A stretch of DNA of 31,045 nucleotides from an uncultured archaeon (GCA_964407715.1 CAYOWP010000006.1:30883-61927), one strand, 5' to 3'. Positions 1 through 10,177 are shown, counted from the stretch's first letter. Program-made: numbers and translations. The notes: generated by a model from the letters alone, not told the origin.

Positions 1-240
1 CCTCTCAATCTCCTCCCAACTCTTCTTCCAAGCATAACAAACATCAGCATATTGACGGAAGTCAGCTTCTTTTAATACCAATGTTGCTTTACATGGAGAT
101 GCCAAATAAAATCTTCTATCAGAATCGCTAACACCATCATAATCCTTATCCAATATCAGATAATATCCTTGCAAAGAATCAGGCAAATAAGCAGGATATG
201 CTTTTTTACCAAAACTAAAGATGAAGTTTAGGTAGAACCG
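1..240 (-). pseudogene. Start-less (silent/orphan) copy of the conserved central module of the 908-aa protein; runs off the window edge
   Basis: Minus frame has no ATG and no stop: RFYLNFIFSFGKKAYPAYLPDSLQGYYLILDKDYDGVSDSDRRFYLASPCKATLVLKEADFRQYADVCYAWKKSWEEIER. Positions 1-219 align without gaps to 2457-2675 with 16 mismatches by hand count (~93%). It begins directly after the TAA stop of ORF 241-1254. Confidence 0.85.
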
Positions 241-1254
241 TTAATATATTTTTAGTTCTTGGTTTGGTACTTTTCTTTCCAATGCTAAATCTAATGCATC
301 GTTATAATTAAAATATATCTCATATGTCTTTTTTCTTTTCAATAAATTATCTATTCTACCAAAATCAAAAATAGGACAAAAAGCTCTTCCTTTTTTCCCT
401 CCAAAAATCAACACAGCATCTCTACTTATTGCCTGATATAAATATTTAACCGCATCATCCAAAGAATCCAATTTTATTACCCTACCCATAAGTTTTCTAT
501 ATTTTGGTTTCAACCAATAATACTCTGTCAAAGCTCCTTCATGTTTCCAATCTTCTTTACTCCAAAACCTTAAAATCTTCCTTTTCTCATCTATCTCTGC
601 CACCTGATCTAAATAAATCTCTGGCTCTTCTAATATTTGTTTTCTTACCAATGTTTTGCAAAGAACTATAGCAACAGGCGGAGATCTTATATAGCGATCA
701 TACATTTCTCTCCAGTATCTATAATCAAATTTTTCCAATCCTATTTTTATATTTTTTTCACATACATCCCAAGGAGCTTTTTCTCCTCTAACAACATACT
801 TCAACATATTATCTTCTGGTTCCATCTTACATTTTAAAATATCTTTCCCAACAATCTCAGAAACAGCCCTTCTAAAATATCTATACAACTCTTTCTCTAC
901 CTCAGGATGCAAATATGGAGAATAATAAGGAACTAAGAAGTATTTTATTCCAAACCATTCCCTCTTAATAAAATCCCTATAATAGTTCTTATCAGATAAT
1001 ACAAAATCCATTGCTTTATTGAAATTCTCCTCTGTTAATAGCTTTGGATATTTATATCCTTTTACCCCAGATGTAAAATGATACACTTTACACATATATT
1101 TATCCCATATCATTCCAATCTCTGGAATATATTCATCAGATATTAACCTATCATTGTTTTTACTATATACCTCCTCAGGAAAAACACTCCTCAAAGCAAC
1201 ATATCCCAAAGCACTACCAATATATCTCAAAAAATCTCTCCTTGTGAGAGACAT
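241..1254 (-). CDS. Hypothetical protein with N-terminal twin-arginine-like motif; candidate partner/immunity protein
   Basis: 337-aa ORF starting MSLTRRDFLRYIGSALGYVAL; GGGGTGA ribosome-binding-like motif upstream; lies 44 bp downstream of the 908-aa gene. Confidence 0.8.
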   Translation of the reverse strand: MSLTRRDFLRYIGSALGYVALRSVFPEEVYSKNNDRLISDEYIPEIGMIWDKYMCKVYHFTSGVKGYKYPKLLTEENFNKAMDFVLSDKNYYRDFIKREWFGIKYFLVPYYSPYLHPEVEKELYRYFRRAVSEIVGKDILKCKMEPEDNMLKYVVRGEKAPWDVCEKNIKIGLEKFDYRYWREMYDRYIRSPPVAIVLCKTLVRKQILEEPEIYLDQVAEIDEKRKILRFWSKEDWKHEGALTEYYWLKPKYRKLMGRVIKLDSLDDAVKYLYQAISRDAVLIFGGKKGRAFCPIFDFGRIDNLLKRKKTYEIYFNYNDALDLALERKVPNQELKIY

Positions 1255-1298
1255 TCACTATCACCCCTACACAATAATAACACAATTTAGTAAAATTT

Positions 1299-4025
1299 TT
1301 AAAACTTAGGTAATTCCTCTACTGTTTTTATTCCTTTCCCATTCCCATAAGGCCATCTTTTACCCTCCTCTACTTTATGCTCCCACATATATACTGCTGC
1401 ACCACTAATAAAAGATGCTATTCTCTCTCCTATAGGACCACCCATAACAAGACCTGCACCTTCTATTATCCCACCAATAACTAATCCTCCATATCTCTCA
1501 CTAAATGATTTATCAGGATAATAACAAAAGTTTGGCTTATCTCCTGTTTTCTCCTTATATACCCGAATCAATATGGCTTTTGAAGGTACTTCTATCTCAT
1601 CAGAAAGCATGAGCTTTACTTTACCCCAAAAACTTAAATCTCCCAAGTTTAACATACTTATCTTCTCTCCTTGATTCTCATCCTCTTCTTTGAATATGTT
1701 CTTAACTATTCCTATCTCCTCATCATAAGATTTTTCCATCAATATCTTATATTTATTCTCACCATATCTCTCTATTTGTTGCTGTAGATATAGAGATATT
1801 ATTGTTTGAAGGATTTGTTCTTCATCTGGGGCAGGTTTCCAGCCATTATCACTTTGAATTTCATCCAAAGGATTCTCATAACACCCACCAAGATATGAAG
1901 GAAGAAAATCTTCCATAACCCTCTTCAAAGAACTATACTTCAAAATAAGATGATATTTGCTTTTTAATTGCTCAATCACAGGTCCCCAATCTTCATTCGT
2001 GTTTTCTCCTAATTTTAAAAATTGTATTTTTCCTGTAGAAGAACAAATATTAGTACCAGGAATACAAATTTTTTCCTCACCACAGAAATCCTCACGAGGT
2101 ATTTGTAGTTCACTCACACCATGTGAAGATGCATATTCCCTTATATCATTGTACATATCTACCAATTTATCTATCTCAACAAATTCTCCCTTATTGTTAA
2201 TATCTAAATTAAACATCTTATAACAATCTTTAGCATATGGATCATAAAGGTATATCTTAGGATTCTTTAGGTATTCCTCACATTCATCCTTATCATAAGG
2301 AATTCTTCTATTGTATATTTCCTCCTCAGAAACACCAATATTCTTTAATATACCATCAGGTATACAATAGCATAACTCTTGAGCAGGATGATTTTTGCCT
2401 TGAATACATGCCTCCTGTAGAAATTTTTCTATTTTTCTTTTTTCTTTCTTATACTCCCTCTCAATCTCCTCCCAACTCTTCTTCCAAGCATAACAAACAT
2501 CAGCATATTGAGAAAACTCAACTTTCTTTAATACCAAAGTGGCTTTACATGGAGATGCTAAATAAAATCTTCTATCAGAATCACTAACCCCATTATGATC
2601 CTTATCCAATATCAGATAATATCCTTCTAAAGAATCAGGCAAATAAGCAGGATATGCTTTTTTACCAAAACTAAAAACAGAATTTAGATATATAAAAGGA
2701 GAATATATCCATATGGTATTAAATCCATGACTTCTATATTTCTCATTTGACATATCCTCTTTAACTGCATTATAACTCAGCATATATATAACAGCACATG
2801 CAATTCTAAACTTATTATTATTTCTTGAAAATATCTCTGCAAATATAGAGCAATCAGCAAATTCCTCTACGCTCTCTACCAAATTATCATCTATACCTAT
2901 TTCCTTACCTGCAGACGCTAAGGCATCAACAGTGGCATATTGTAATGTTGGAGATTTCTTTAAGAACATAGCATATTTTTTCATAGCATCATTAACCTTC
3001 TTGCTCAAATGTTTCTTAAAGTATTTGTTTTCCTTATCCCTTTGAAAAGAATCTTTAATCCTTTTAAAAAATTCTCTTATTTCCCTCATCTTCCCAGAAA
3101 TTATCTTTAATGAGAATGATTTTTTAGATACATCTATCTCCATATTTTTCATAGCAATTTCCATTAAATCACTATCTATCATTTTCCCTATCTCATCCCT
3201 CGTATATTTGTTAGTATTTGCCAAAATAATTTCCATTGCCTCTTCTTTTGTAATCTTATTTTTAGACACATATTCTGCTAATTTCTTAATACTTTTTCTA
3301 TCCCCTCTACTAATACCATCAATTAAACCTTCTATTTCCTTCCTATTCCCTATCTTCTTTGTAAGATATTCTATCATAGCTCCCTTTCCCTCTTTACTTA
3401 CACTCCGCACAAATATTTTACTACTTACCCCTTCAACATACTCTACTAATTTTTTTCCTGCACCTTTCGCAACCTTTCCACCAACACTTAAAACACTACC
3501 CATTATAACATTTAAACCACCACTTAGCAATACAGCCCTATAACTTAAAGGTCTATTCATAGTCCATGCCTTCTCCTCACCTGCAGGAAATATCTCATAA
3601 TAGATGAGATATTTTGGATCTGAGAATGCCTGTACAAAAGCATCATCCACATCCTTCTGAGGCAAATAAAAATTATACACAAAACACATTTGTTTTTCCT
3701 TATTGCAAGTTACTCTCACATCTCCAAATTTTGCTGTTTTTGTTCCATCTTTAGATGCATATGCTAATGAATCTGATAATGCTTTCCCATTTATGCAATA
3801 TCTCTCATCCAATTCATATCCATTGGCAACAGATGCCAATGCACATACTAATCCATTTGTGCTATCTATTACCTCTTGCTCTATTGTTCTATGAGACTTA
3901 AATATATTCTTGAGAAATGAGATTATTTTTCCATGAAAAACAAGAAGAATCGAAAATATTATTATAACAAGAAGAATGCTTATCAACGATCCAATAGAAA
4001 ACGAAACTGTTCCTCTCCTCTTCAT
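1299..4025 (-). CDS. Large secreted/membrane-anchored polymorphic protein, paralog A (prepilin/class III-like N-terminus)
   Basis: 908-aa ORF. MKRRG is followed by a hydrophobic stretch. The protein has Cys-rich conserved blocks shared with 15522-18311, a DKDHNG Ca-binding-like loop, and Gly-rich hydrophobic segments near residues 160-185 and at the C-terminus. Confidence 0.85.
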   Translation of the reverse strand: MKRRGTVSFSIGSLISILLVIIIFSILLVFHGKIISFLKNIFKSHRTIEQEVIDSTNGLVCALASVANGYELDERYCINGKALSDSLAYASKDGTKTAKFGDVRVTCNKEKQMCFVYNFYLPQKDVDDAFVQAFSDPKYLIYYEIFPAGEEKAWTMNRPLSYRAVLLSGGLNVIMGSVLSVGGKVAKGAGKKLVEYVEGVSSKIFVRSVSKEGKGAMIEYLTKKIGNRKEIEGLIDGISRGDRKSIKKLAEYVSKNKITKEEAMEIILANTNKYTRDEIGKMIDSDLMEIAMKNMEIDVSKKSFSLKIISGKMREIREFFKRIKDSFQRDKENKYFKKHLSKKVNDAMKKYAMFLKKSPTLQYATVDALASAGKEIGIDDNLVESVEEFADCSIFAEIFSRNNNKFRIACAVIYMLSYNAVKEDMSNEKYRSHGFNTIWIYSPFIYLNSVFSFGKKAYPAYLPDSLEGYYLILDKDHNGVSDSDRRFYLASPCKATLVLKKVEFSQYADVCYAWKKSWEEIEREYKKEKRKIEKFLQEACIQGKNHPAQELCYCIPDGILKNIGVSEEEIYNRRIPYDKDECEEYLKNPKIYLYDPYAKDCYKMFNLDINNKGEFVEIDKLVDMYNDIREYASSHGVSELQIPREDFCGEEKICIPGTNICSSTGKIQFLKLGENTNEDWGPVIEQLKSKYHLILKYSSLKRVMEDFLPSYLGGCYENPLDEIQSDNGWKPAPDEEQILQTIISLYLQQQIERYGENKYKILMEKSYDEEIGIVKNIFKEEDENQGEKISMLNLGDLSFWGKVKLMLSDEIEVPSKAILIRVYKEKTGDKPNFCYYPDKSFSERYGGLVIGGIIEGAGLVMGGPIGERIASFISGAAVYMWEHKVEEGKRWPYGNGKGIKTVEELPKF

Positions 4026-4178
4026 ATTTAATGTTATTATATTTGATGTAAATATATATTTTTGAGATTTTGAGATGATTAATTTAAAATAAAAATATGA
4101 TTAAGTGGAAACATACCTATATCAAAACCACATAAAAGCAGATAACCCTTTGAAGCGTTTAAGAAGCAGATAACCTTT
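3655..4178. repeat. 524-bp direct repeat, copy 1 (first ~123 codons of paralog A plus 153 bp upstream)
   Basis: Identical by eye to 17941-18464 (offset 14286). Confidence 0.92.
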
Positions 4179-4512
4179 TAAGCGGGTTAGCGTGCTGTGA
4201 TATGCTCGAGAATGGTGATATTTTCCCGTTAACCAAATTAAAAAATAAAGATGGTTAAGGGGAAGAATACCTATATCACAACCCCATTGGAGCAGAGAAT
4301 CTTTTAGGAAGGTTAGTTGCTCCTTAAACGCTTTGAAAGGTTAGCATGCTGTGATATGCTTTTTGATGGGTTATGCTTCCCGTTAACCAAATTAAAAAAT
4401 AAAGATGGTTAAGGGGAAGGATACACCTTTCCAGAGGTTTTTGAGTGAGTTAATCTTTAGAAGGGTTAGCTGCTTTTATGTGCTTTTGAGGGCGAGCTTT
4501 TCCCGTTAACCA
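4098..4512. repeat. Three tandem palindromic MITE/REP-like units (4098-4235, 4252-4389, 4406-4512)
   Basis: Each unit runs TGGTTAAGGGGAA...TTCCCGTTAACCA (imperfect terminal inverted repeats; unit 1 starts TGATTAAGTGGAA). Internal inverted motifs are ATATCA(C)A/TGTGATAT and AGCAGATAACC/GGTTAGCTGCT. An identical AATTAAAAAATAAAGA linker joins the units. Confidence 0.75.
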
Positions 4513-4609
4513 TTTTTCATTAAGAATTCTATATCAATGAAGTTGGAAAATTTAATAAAAGAAAACTTTAAAAATTTTACTTTTATATAAGTTATTATAA
4601 GGTGATAAA

Positions 4610-5290
4610 ATGGTATCAAAACTTAAGGAAATATATGGAAGAATTAAAAATGAGGTATATAGAGGGATTATAGGAGGAGTTTCATTGGGCCTGGTTGGTC
4701 TTGGCATTAATGGATGCGTATATTCTCAAAGAAATATGTTAGATAGAGTGTATTTTGAGACTTATCGTGCTGAGACTCCTCTTGGAGATGAAAACTATGC
4801 AGGTGTTATGTTTTATCTCTATGGAAAACCACCAATCTCACAAAATAATAAAGGAATAACATTCAGAGCTACAGGGGATGGAGGAGAGATAAGATATAAT
4901 ATAGAAGTTCCACTGAGGGTTTATAGAGAAGCATTGAAAAAGGAAAACCTCAGTGGTGGTAGTGCTATCTTACTTCTTTTAACAACTGCTGCTGTAGTAG
5001 GAGGTATAGCGGCAGCATGTTCAGGAGGAGGCGGATCTCATCACACAACATATACTTCCAAGAAACATTCATCAAATAGTAACCAATCTGGAGAAGGTTC
5101 AGATCAATCCGGTGGATCAGGCAGCGGAGATCAATCTGGCTCCGGCGGTTCCACAGGTAGCAATGGTGGAGGCTCTACAGGTGGAGGAGGCTCCACGGGT
5201 GATTCCACCGGAGGAGGAGATACTGGCGGTGGAGATGAAGGCGGTGGATCAAGTTCTCCACCAGCTCATCCTCGACCTCCTCCTCCATGA
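4610..5290 (+). CDS. Putative membrane/lipoprotein with Gly/Ser-rich low-complexity tail
   Basis: 226 aa; AGGTGA upstream; hydrophobic segments ending GINGC and GIAAAC; G/S/T/D-rich tail ending PPAHPRPPPP. Confidence 0.75.
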   Translation: MVSKLKEIYGRIKNEVYRGIIGGVSLGLVGLGINGCVYSQRNMLDRVYFETYRAETPLGDENYAGVMFYLYGKPPISQNNKGITFRATGDGGEIRYNIEVPLRVYREALKKENLSGGSAILLLLTTAAVVGGIAAACSGGGGSHHTTYTSKKHSSNSNQSGEGSDQSGGSGSGDQSGSGGSTGSNGGGSTGGGGSTGDSTGGGDTGGGDEGGGSSSPPAHPRPPPP

Positions 5291-5365
5291 CTATTATCTC
5301 TATGTCTCTACTAATCTATTGATTTTAGATAATCTATATTAGCATATGAAAGATTATAATAATTT

Positions 5366-8300
5366 ATGTATTATATAAGAGATATAGGATTAGGATTTTT
5401 ATTCTTTTATTTATTTATATTTTCATGTTATGGGAGTACATTACAAATTATTAAAGGAAATGTTGTTAATATCTATAATTCGTCTTCTTTTTTTAGTTAT
5501 TCTGATATAGATATTTCTGAGATAAATAATTGTGATCCTGATATAAATATAGAATATAATGAATGTTATGTATATCTTAAATATTATTTTCCAATAGATT
5601 ATTTTGTGAATTTATCTTTGATATCAGGATCTTTTTTTACATATATTGATCATAACATTAGTGAGAATAGATATGATGAAGTAGAAAACGCATACAAAAT
5701 TTATATAATTTTTCCAGTTCCGCAAGGGGCATCTAGTTGTGAAGATTTTTTAAATCAGGATTTATTCTTTAACATCTCAACAGATATTTTTTCGAAGCAT
5801 CCCTCTTTGGGTGATACTTCTGTTCCATGGACTTTAAGGGTTTATGTGTGGAGATGTTCAGGAGATAATGAAAGTTGCGGTGCTTTTAACGGATATTGGC
5901 ATGTTTGCCAAGAAGTTACTAACTATTCATCTATTATTGTTCCAAAAAATAGAATCAATTATATTAAGGCATATGGAGAAGGTGTGAATACTGTTGATGG
6001 AGTGGTGTATGTGTATAAGGATAGTGATTTTGATTTGGAGGTGGAGATTGAGAATGTAAGAGATGATTATCATAATGGTGCGAGTATAGATTCCTTCTTA
6101 TATATAGCATCTTCATTGCCTGATAATATAAATCCGTTATCTTCTACGACTTTATTCTTAGGAAATGTTTCCTCTGGTGAGATAAGAAAATATAATTTCT
6201 CTTTCTATGCTGATACGATATCTCCAAGTTCAATACCTATAACCATAAATTATACAGATAAAAGTGGTTTTTATAGCACGAATAAGACAAGTTTTATAAA
6301 AATTACAAATCTCTTTATAACTGATTTTTCGATTACTTCTGATAATGTTGTTCCCTATGGAGGCTCGATAGATGTAAGAGTAGAGGTTAAAGGTAACGCT
6401 ACACCTATAGACTTCGTAAAAATAGTTGCAAGGAATATTCTTACAGGAAAAAAATATGAGTTCTTAACAACTACACCTGAAAGATGTACTGATGTAACAT
6501 CATGCATTTACAGTATCAGGTTAAAGAATTTGCCTTCAGGAAGATATAATCTTACAGCATATGTCTCAGATTATGATAGAATAGCATTAAGTACTACACC
6601 AAATAACAAATATGATAATATCTCTCATATTCTCATAAGATATGGAGAGCCAAGAGGATATCTTAAAATTCCAGGATATTATCTTTTAGATAATCAAACT
6701 TTGAGATACAACTTTTCTGTATATGCTTTTAATGGGGATCTTTCAAATCTCACTATAATTATAAATGGATCATCAAATCTTAACTATACTAATAATGTTT
6801 TTTATATTTCTCATATGGAAAATAACCATACAATTCACTTGACAGGGATATTAAGGGTTAAAGATTTAAAGGAAAAAGATGAGCCTGCATTTACAGAAAT
6901 TATAATTTCATATTATAACGGAACCTCTTTTAACACAACCAAAATAGAGAGATTTGATCATCTTATAATACCTCTTAGGATCTATACAGATAAAAAGAGA
7001 TATGATTTCTCTGAAAATTCATTAATAGAGATAAGAATTGCTGGAAACTACACGCCTATAGCTCCTATAACTATCAATATAACATCTCTCTTGGATAATA
7101 ACACTGAACAATTTATGCTATTAAATCCAACAAAAATAAGCAATACTTTATATTGCTTCAATCAGACAGATAAATATGAAAAGGATCTCATAGAAGACTC
7201 CATCATACGAACAAATAATCTATATGATCCAAATGCAACACGTGATAATGACAATTCAACATCCTGGGTAGGAACAAGTGGAGATTATATCAACTATTCA
7301 TTTTCTACTGAGATGTCTATTGATTCTATAGATTTGCTAGTTCAAACACCTGATAAAGGCACATTGACAATAATTGCAGATAATAAATATAATATAACTA
7401 GCATAGATATTCCTTCTTTCCCTACCTCTATCAAGGTAAAGCTTAATTATAAATACAGCAATATTTCTTTATTTGTTGAGACCGGCGTAGTTACGATTTA
7501 TGAAGTAAAGGTATATCCTACAATACAAAATGAAACCTGCTATATATATTCACTAAATTATATACCGCGAAGGTCTGGAATGTATAAGATTTTGGGATTT
7601 AATGCTAACACTACAGGAAACACATCCTTTTTTGTTGATTATGGTGAGGTTAATGTTTCTTCTGTTATTTCTACTCTTATTTCAAGAACTAAGAACAATA
7701 TAAGCATAGAGGTAAAAGCCATCAATGGAGATGTAGTGAATAAGACAATATCCTTAACAATAATAAATAAAAGCATAGCATATTCTCTGGACAATCTCAC
7801 CAAGAAAAACATAAGCATATTGTATAATGGTCAAACTGTTGTATTATCATGGAGCGTATTTATTAACACAACATTTAATGGAAACCTTTACTTTAATCTT
7901 TCATATGATAACATCTCTACAGTGGTTTCTTATCCTGTTGTGATTAGTGATCTCATACCTCCATATATCTTAGGTTTCTCATTTCCAGACAACATTACAA
8001 ATGTGAATCTTGATTATAACTTTGTGGTTTTCATAAATGAAACAATAAGATTAAAAAACTATACATTAGTCCTTATAACTCCTTATGGCGAGGTTAATAT
8101 CACTAAGGAGCTCATATATCCAATCTTTGGAGAAAATGTATCTTTGAATGTTAGCATTCCAGGAACTTATTTGAATGTCTCTAATGAGACATATCTTCTT
8201 AAAGAGATTTATATCTCAGATTATAATCATACAATAAAAGAAAAAATAGATAAATCAATAACCACGATAGACTCATTAACATTAGTGTATGATAAGCATT

Positions 8301-10039
8301 ACGATGTTTTCAATCATGGACAAACCATAAACATCTCTGTTTTGGATATAGCAAATAGGGAAGTGATAAATGCTATGTGGAATATAACTCTTCAAGATAT
8401 CCAAGGAACATATAACGAAACAATTTTTGAGGGAATAAACAACAAAAACTATTTTATCTATCAAGTTCCATCATATCTTAACAATACACCATACCAATTA
8501 ATAATAAACGTTTCTTATAAAAGCAATTATGGTAACTTGACTATAAGATTCAATGTTACAAACCAACTAAAAGAAACAATAATTGCACCTCCAGAGCCAT
8601 ACACAGTCACTACAGGCAAGGGATTCTATCTCTCTTTATTCTTTTCATATTTGAATGGTGAAAAATATAATACCTCAAGTATTATTATTCCTGATGAGAC
8701 ATATATCTATTGTTTTAATGAAAGTTATTCACAATTTAGGAATAGATTGTTCTCCACATATGACTATCCAAATTATGAGAATGTGATGGTTTTGGTATCT
8801 CAACAACTATGCTATGCTCCAACATCAAAGACATCCTTTACCATAGAACTTCACTTAAGAGATATTTATAACAACGAAATACATAAGAATCTTACATTTT
8901 ATGCAGTGGATATAGAAAAGATTCAACAAGTAACATCATCCGCTTCCACAACCCAAAAGGTTGTCTCTACAACGAGTGGTGGAGGCTCAAGAGAGAAAAT
9001 AATTTATATAAATAATACACAGAATACTACCATAAGATATATTTATGTGAATGAAAGCGAATTAGAAATTTTTAATGCCAATTTAACAACATCTTATATG
9101 GAGATTCAGGCTGGAGATATAAAGGAGAATAGTATCTCTTTATCCAACAAGATAGATAAAGAATATGCTGTTCATATTTATTGGAATTCTTCAATAAATC
9201 TTAACATCTCTTTGCCCGAGCAAATTATAATAAAACCTCATGAGGAAAAGAATATGCTTTTCTCGGTGTATGTTCCTTCTTATGTTTCACCAGGTGAATA
9301 TAAGGTATATTTGTTAATGACCTCACAAGATGTAAGAATAGAGAAGATCATGTTTTTGAATGTTCTTCCTAACCCTACGATAGAAAATCTAAAAATCTTA
9401 AACAGATCATTATATAAATTTAAAAAGGAATTAGATGACCTAAGACAAAGCGGAATAGATACAAGGAACATGGAAGAAGAACTTCAAGAATTTGAGTCTC
9501 TTTTAAAGAAAAGCGAGGAATATCTCTATAAGGATAACCTCTCAGCTATAATGAGCATCTATCCTTCATTGGAAAAAATGAAGACAAGGATTGATAAAGA
9601 GATGAGAATAAAAAAGGCACTTCTATATATAAAACAAAATAAGGGACAACTCTTTGCTATTGGCGTAGCGTTAATCTCAGGAGTTTCTTTGTTTTTGTTC
9701 TATATTTTACCTTTAATTCATGTGCTCATAAAAGAAAAGAGGATAACTAATGAAATTAATAAGATAAAAGCCACACTTAGAAATTTGGATTTGCAATATT
9801 TCAAAAGAAAAATTGATGAATATACATACAGAAACACAGTGATAAAAGAAAACGAGAAAATGAATGCCTTAAAAGTAGAACTTTTGAGAGTAAGAGCACA
9901 GAAGAATTATCTGCTAAATTTCAATCTTCCTAAGTATTTCAAAACAAAATTTGAAAGGAAAAAAGAAAGGGAAGTGATTGAGAGGATGAGACTAACTCCA
10001 GAGGAAATTAATAGAATAAGATCCTATGTGATCAGATAA
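5366..10039 (+). CDS. Giant cell-surface glycoprotein (Ig-like beta repeats, C-terminal TM anchor)
   Basis: 1557 aa; signal peptide; very many N-x-S/T sequons; beta-rich composition; TTSGGGS linker; coiled coil; TM helix LFAIGVALISGVSLFLFYILPLI; basic cytoplasmic tail. Confidence 0.8.
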   Translation: MYYIRDIGLGFLFFYLFIFSCYGSTLQIIKGNVVNIYNSSSFFSYSDIDISEINNCDPDINIEYNECYVYLKYYFPIDYFVNLSLISGSFFTYIDHNISENRYDEVENAYKIYIIFPVPQGASSCEDFLNQDLFFNISTDIFSKHPSLGDTSVPWTLRVYVWRCSGDNESCGAFNGYWHVCQEVTNYSSIIVPKNRINYIKAYGEGVNTVDGVVYVYKDSDFDLEVEIENVRDDYHNGASIDSFLYIASSLPDNINPLSSTTLFLGNVSSGEIRKYNFSFYADTISPSSIPITINYTDKSGFYSTNKTSFIKITNLFITDFSITSDNVVPYGGSIDVRVEVKGNATPIDFVKIVARNILTGKKYEFLTTTPERCTDVTSCIYSIRLKNLPSGRYNLTAYVSDYDRIALSTTPNNKYDNISHILIRYGEPRGYLKIPGYYLLDNQTLRYNFSVYAFNGDLSNLTIIINGSSNLNYTNNVFYISHMENNHTIHLTGILRVKDLKEKDEPAFTEIIISYYNGTSFNTTKIERFDHLIIPLRIYTDKKRYDFSENSLIEIRIAGNYTPIAPITINITSLLDNNTEQFMLLNPTKISNTLYCFNQTDKYEKDLIEDSIIRTNNLYDPNATRDNDNSTSWVGTSGDYINYSFSTEMSIDSIDLLVQTPDKGTLTIIADNKYNITSIDIPSFPTSIKVKLNYKYSNISLFVETGVVTIYEVKVYPTIQNETCYIYSLNYIPRRSGMYKILGFNANTTGNTSFFVDYGEVNVSSVISTLISRTKNNISIEVKAINGDVVNKTISLTIINKSIAYSLDNLTKKNISILYNGQTVVLSWSVFINTTFNGNLYFNLSYDNISTVVSYPVVISDLIPPYILGFSFPDNITNVNLDYNFVVFINETIRLKNYTLVLITPYGEVNITKELIYPIFGENVSLNVSIPGTYLNVSNETYLLKEIYISDYNHTIKEKIDKSITTIDSLTLVYDKHYDVFNHGQTINISVLDIANREVINAMWNITLQDIQGTYNETIFEGINNKNYFIYQVPSYLNNTPYQLIINVSYKSNYGNLTIRFNVTNQLKETIIAPPEPYTVTTGKGFYLSLFFSYLNGEKYNTSSIIIPDETYIYCFNESYSQFRNRLFSTYDYPNYENVMVLVSQQLCYAPTSKTSFTIELHLRDIYNNEIHKNLTFYAVDIEKIQQVTSSASTTQKVVSTTSGGGSREKIIYINNTQNTTIRYIYVNESELEIFNANLTTSYMEIQAGDIKENSISLSNKIDKEYAVHIYWNSSINLNISLPEQIIIKPHEEKNMLFSVYVPSYVSPGEYKVYLLMTSQDVRIEKIMFLNVLPNPTIENLKILNRSLYKFKKELDDLRQSGIDTRNMEEELQEFESLLKKSEEYLYKDNLSAIMSIYPSLEKMKTRIDKEMRIKKALLYIKQNKGQLFAIGVALISGVSLFLFYILPLIHVLIKEKRITNEINKIKATLRNLDLQYFKRKIDEYTYRNTVIKENEKMNALKVELLRVRAQKNYLLNFNLPKYFKTKFERKKEREVIERMRLTPEEINRIRSYVIR

Positions 10040-10064
10040 TATTGCATTAGTCAATAATTTTTTA

Positions 10065-10177
10065 TTGTGAAGGCGAAAAATGATTTTTGAATAGCATATT
10101 AGAGAGGCTAACCATTTATGGTAGTTATGAAGCAGGTAACCTTTCCTGAGTGGATAGCGAGATTTTCTCGTTAACCA
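10065..10177. repeat. Degenerate copy of the palindromic intergenic element
   Basis: Ends TTGTGAAGGCGAAAA...TTTTCTCGTTAACCA; internal AGCATATTAGAGAGGCTAACC matches the reverse complement of GGTTAGCTGCTCTAATGTGCT in the 26576 copy; also contains AGCAGGTAACCTT. Confidence 0.65.

Noticed and set aside
1-2690. Diversity-generating retroelement TR/VR pair (1-219 vs 2457-2675, or the ATPase 3' repeats)
   Set aside because: Mismatches are not adenine-specific on either strand, many are synonymous, and no reverse transcriptase is present in the window.
4223-4419. CRISPR array from the ~42-bp direct repeat TTCCCGTTAACCAAATTAAAAAATAAAGATGGTTAAGGGGAA
   Set aside because: Only two full copies; the intervening stretches are over 100 bp and homologous to each other; no cas genes. 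Better explained as junctions of tandem palindromic units.
4098-4440. Replication origin ORB boxes (AGTGGAAAC, TTTCCAGAGG)
   Set aside because: Only short partial matches, embedded in a dispersed repeat family, with no cdc6/orc1 nearby.
4225-4512. Integron attC sites (GTTAAC/GTTAG cores)
   Set aside because: Ends do not fit RYYYAAC...GTTRRRY well, the elements do not consistently follow single ORFs, and no integron integrase is seen.
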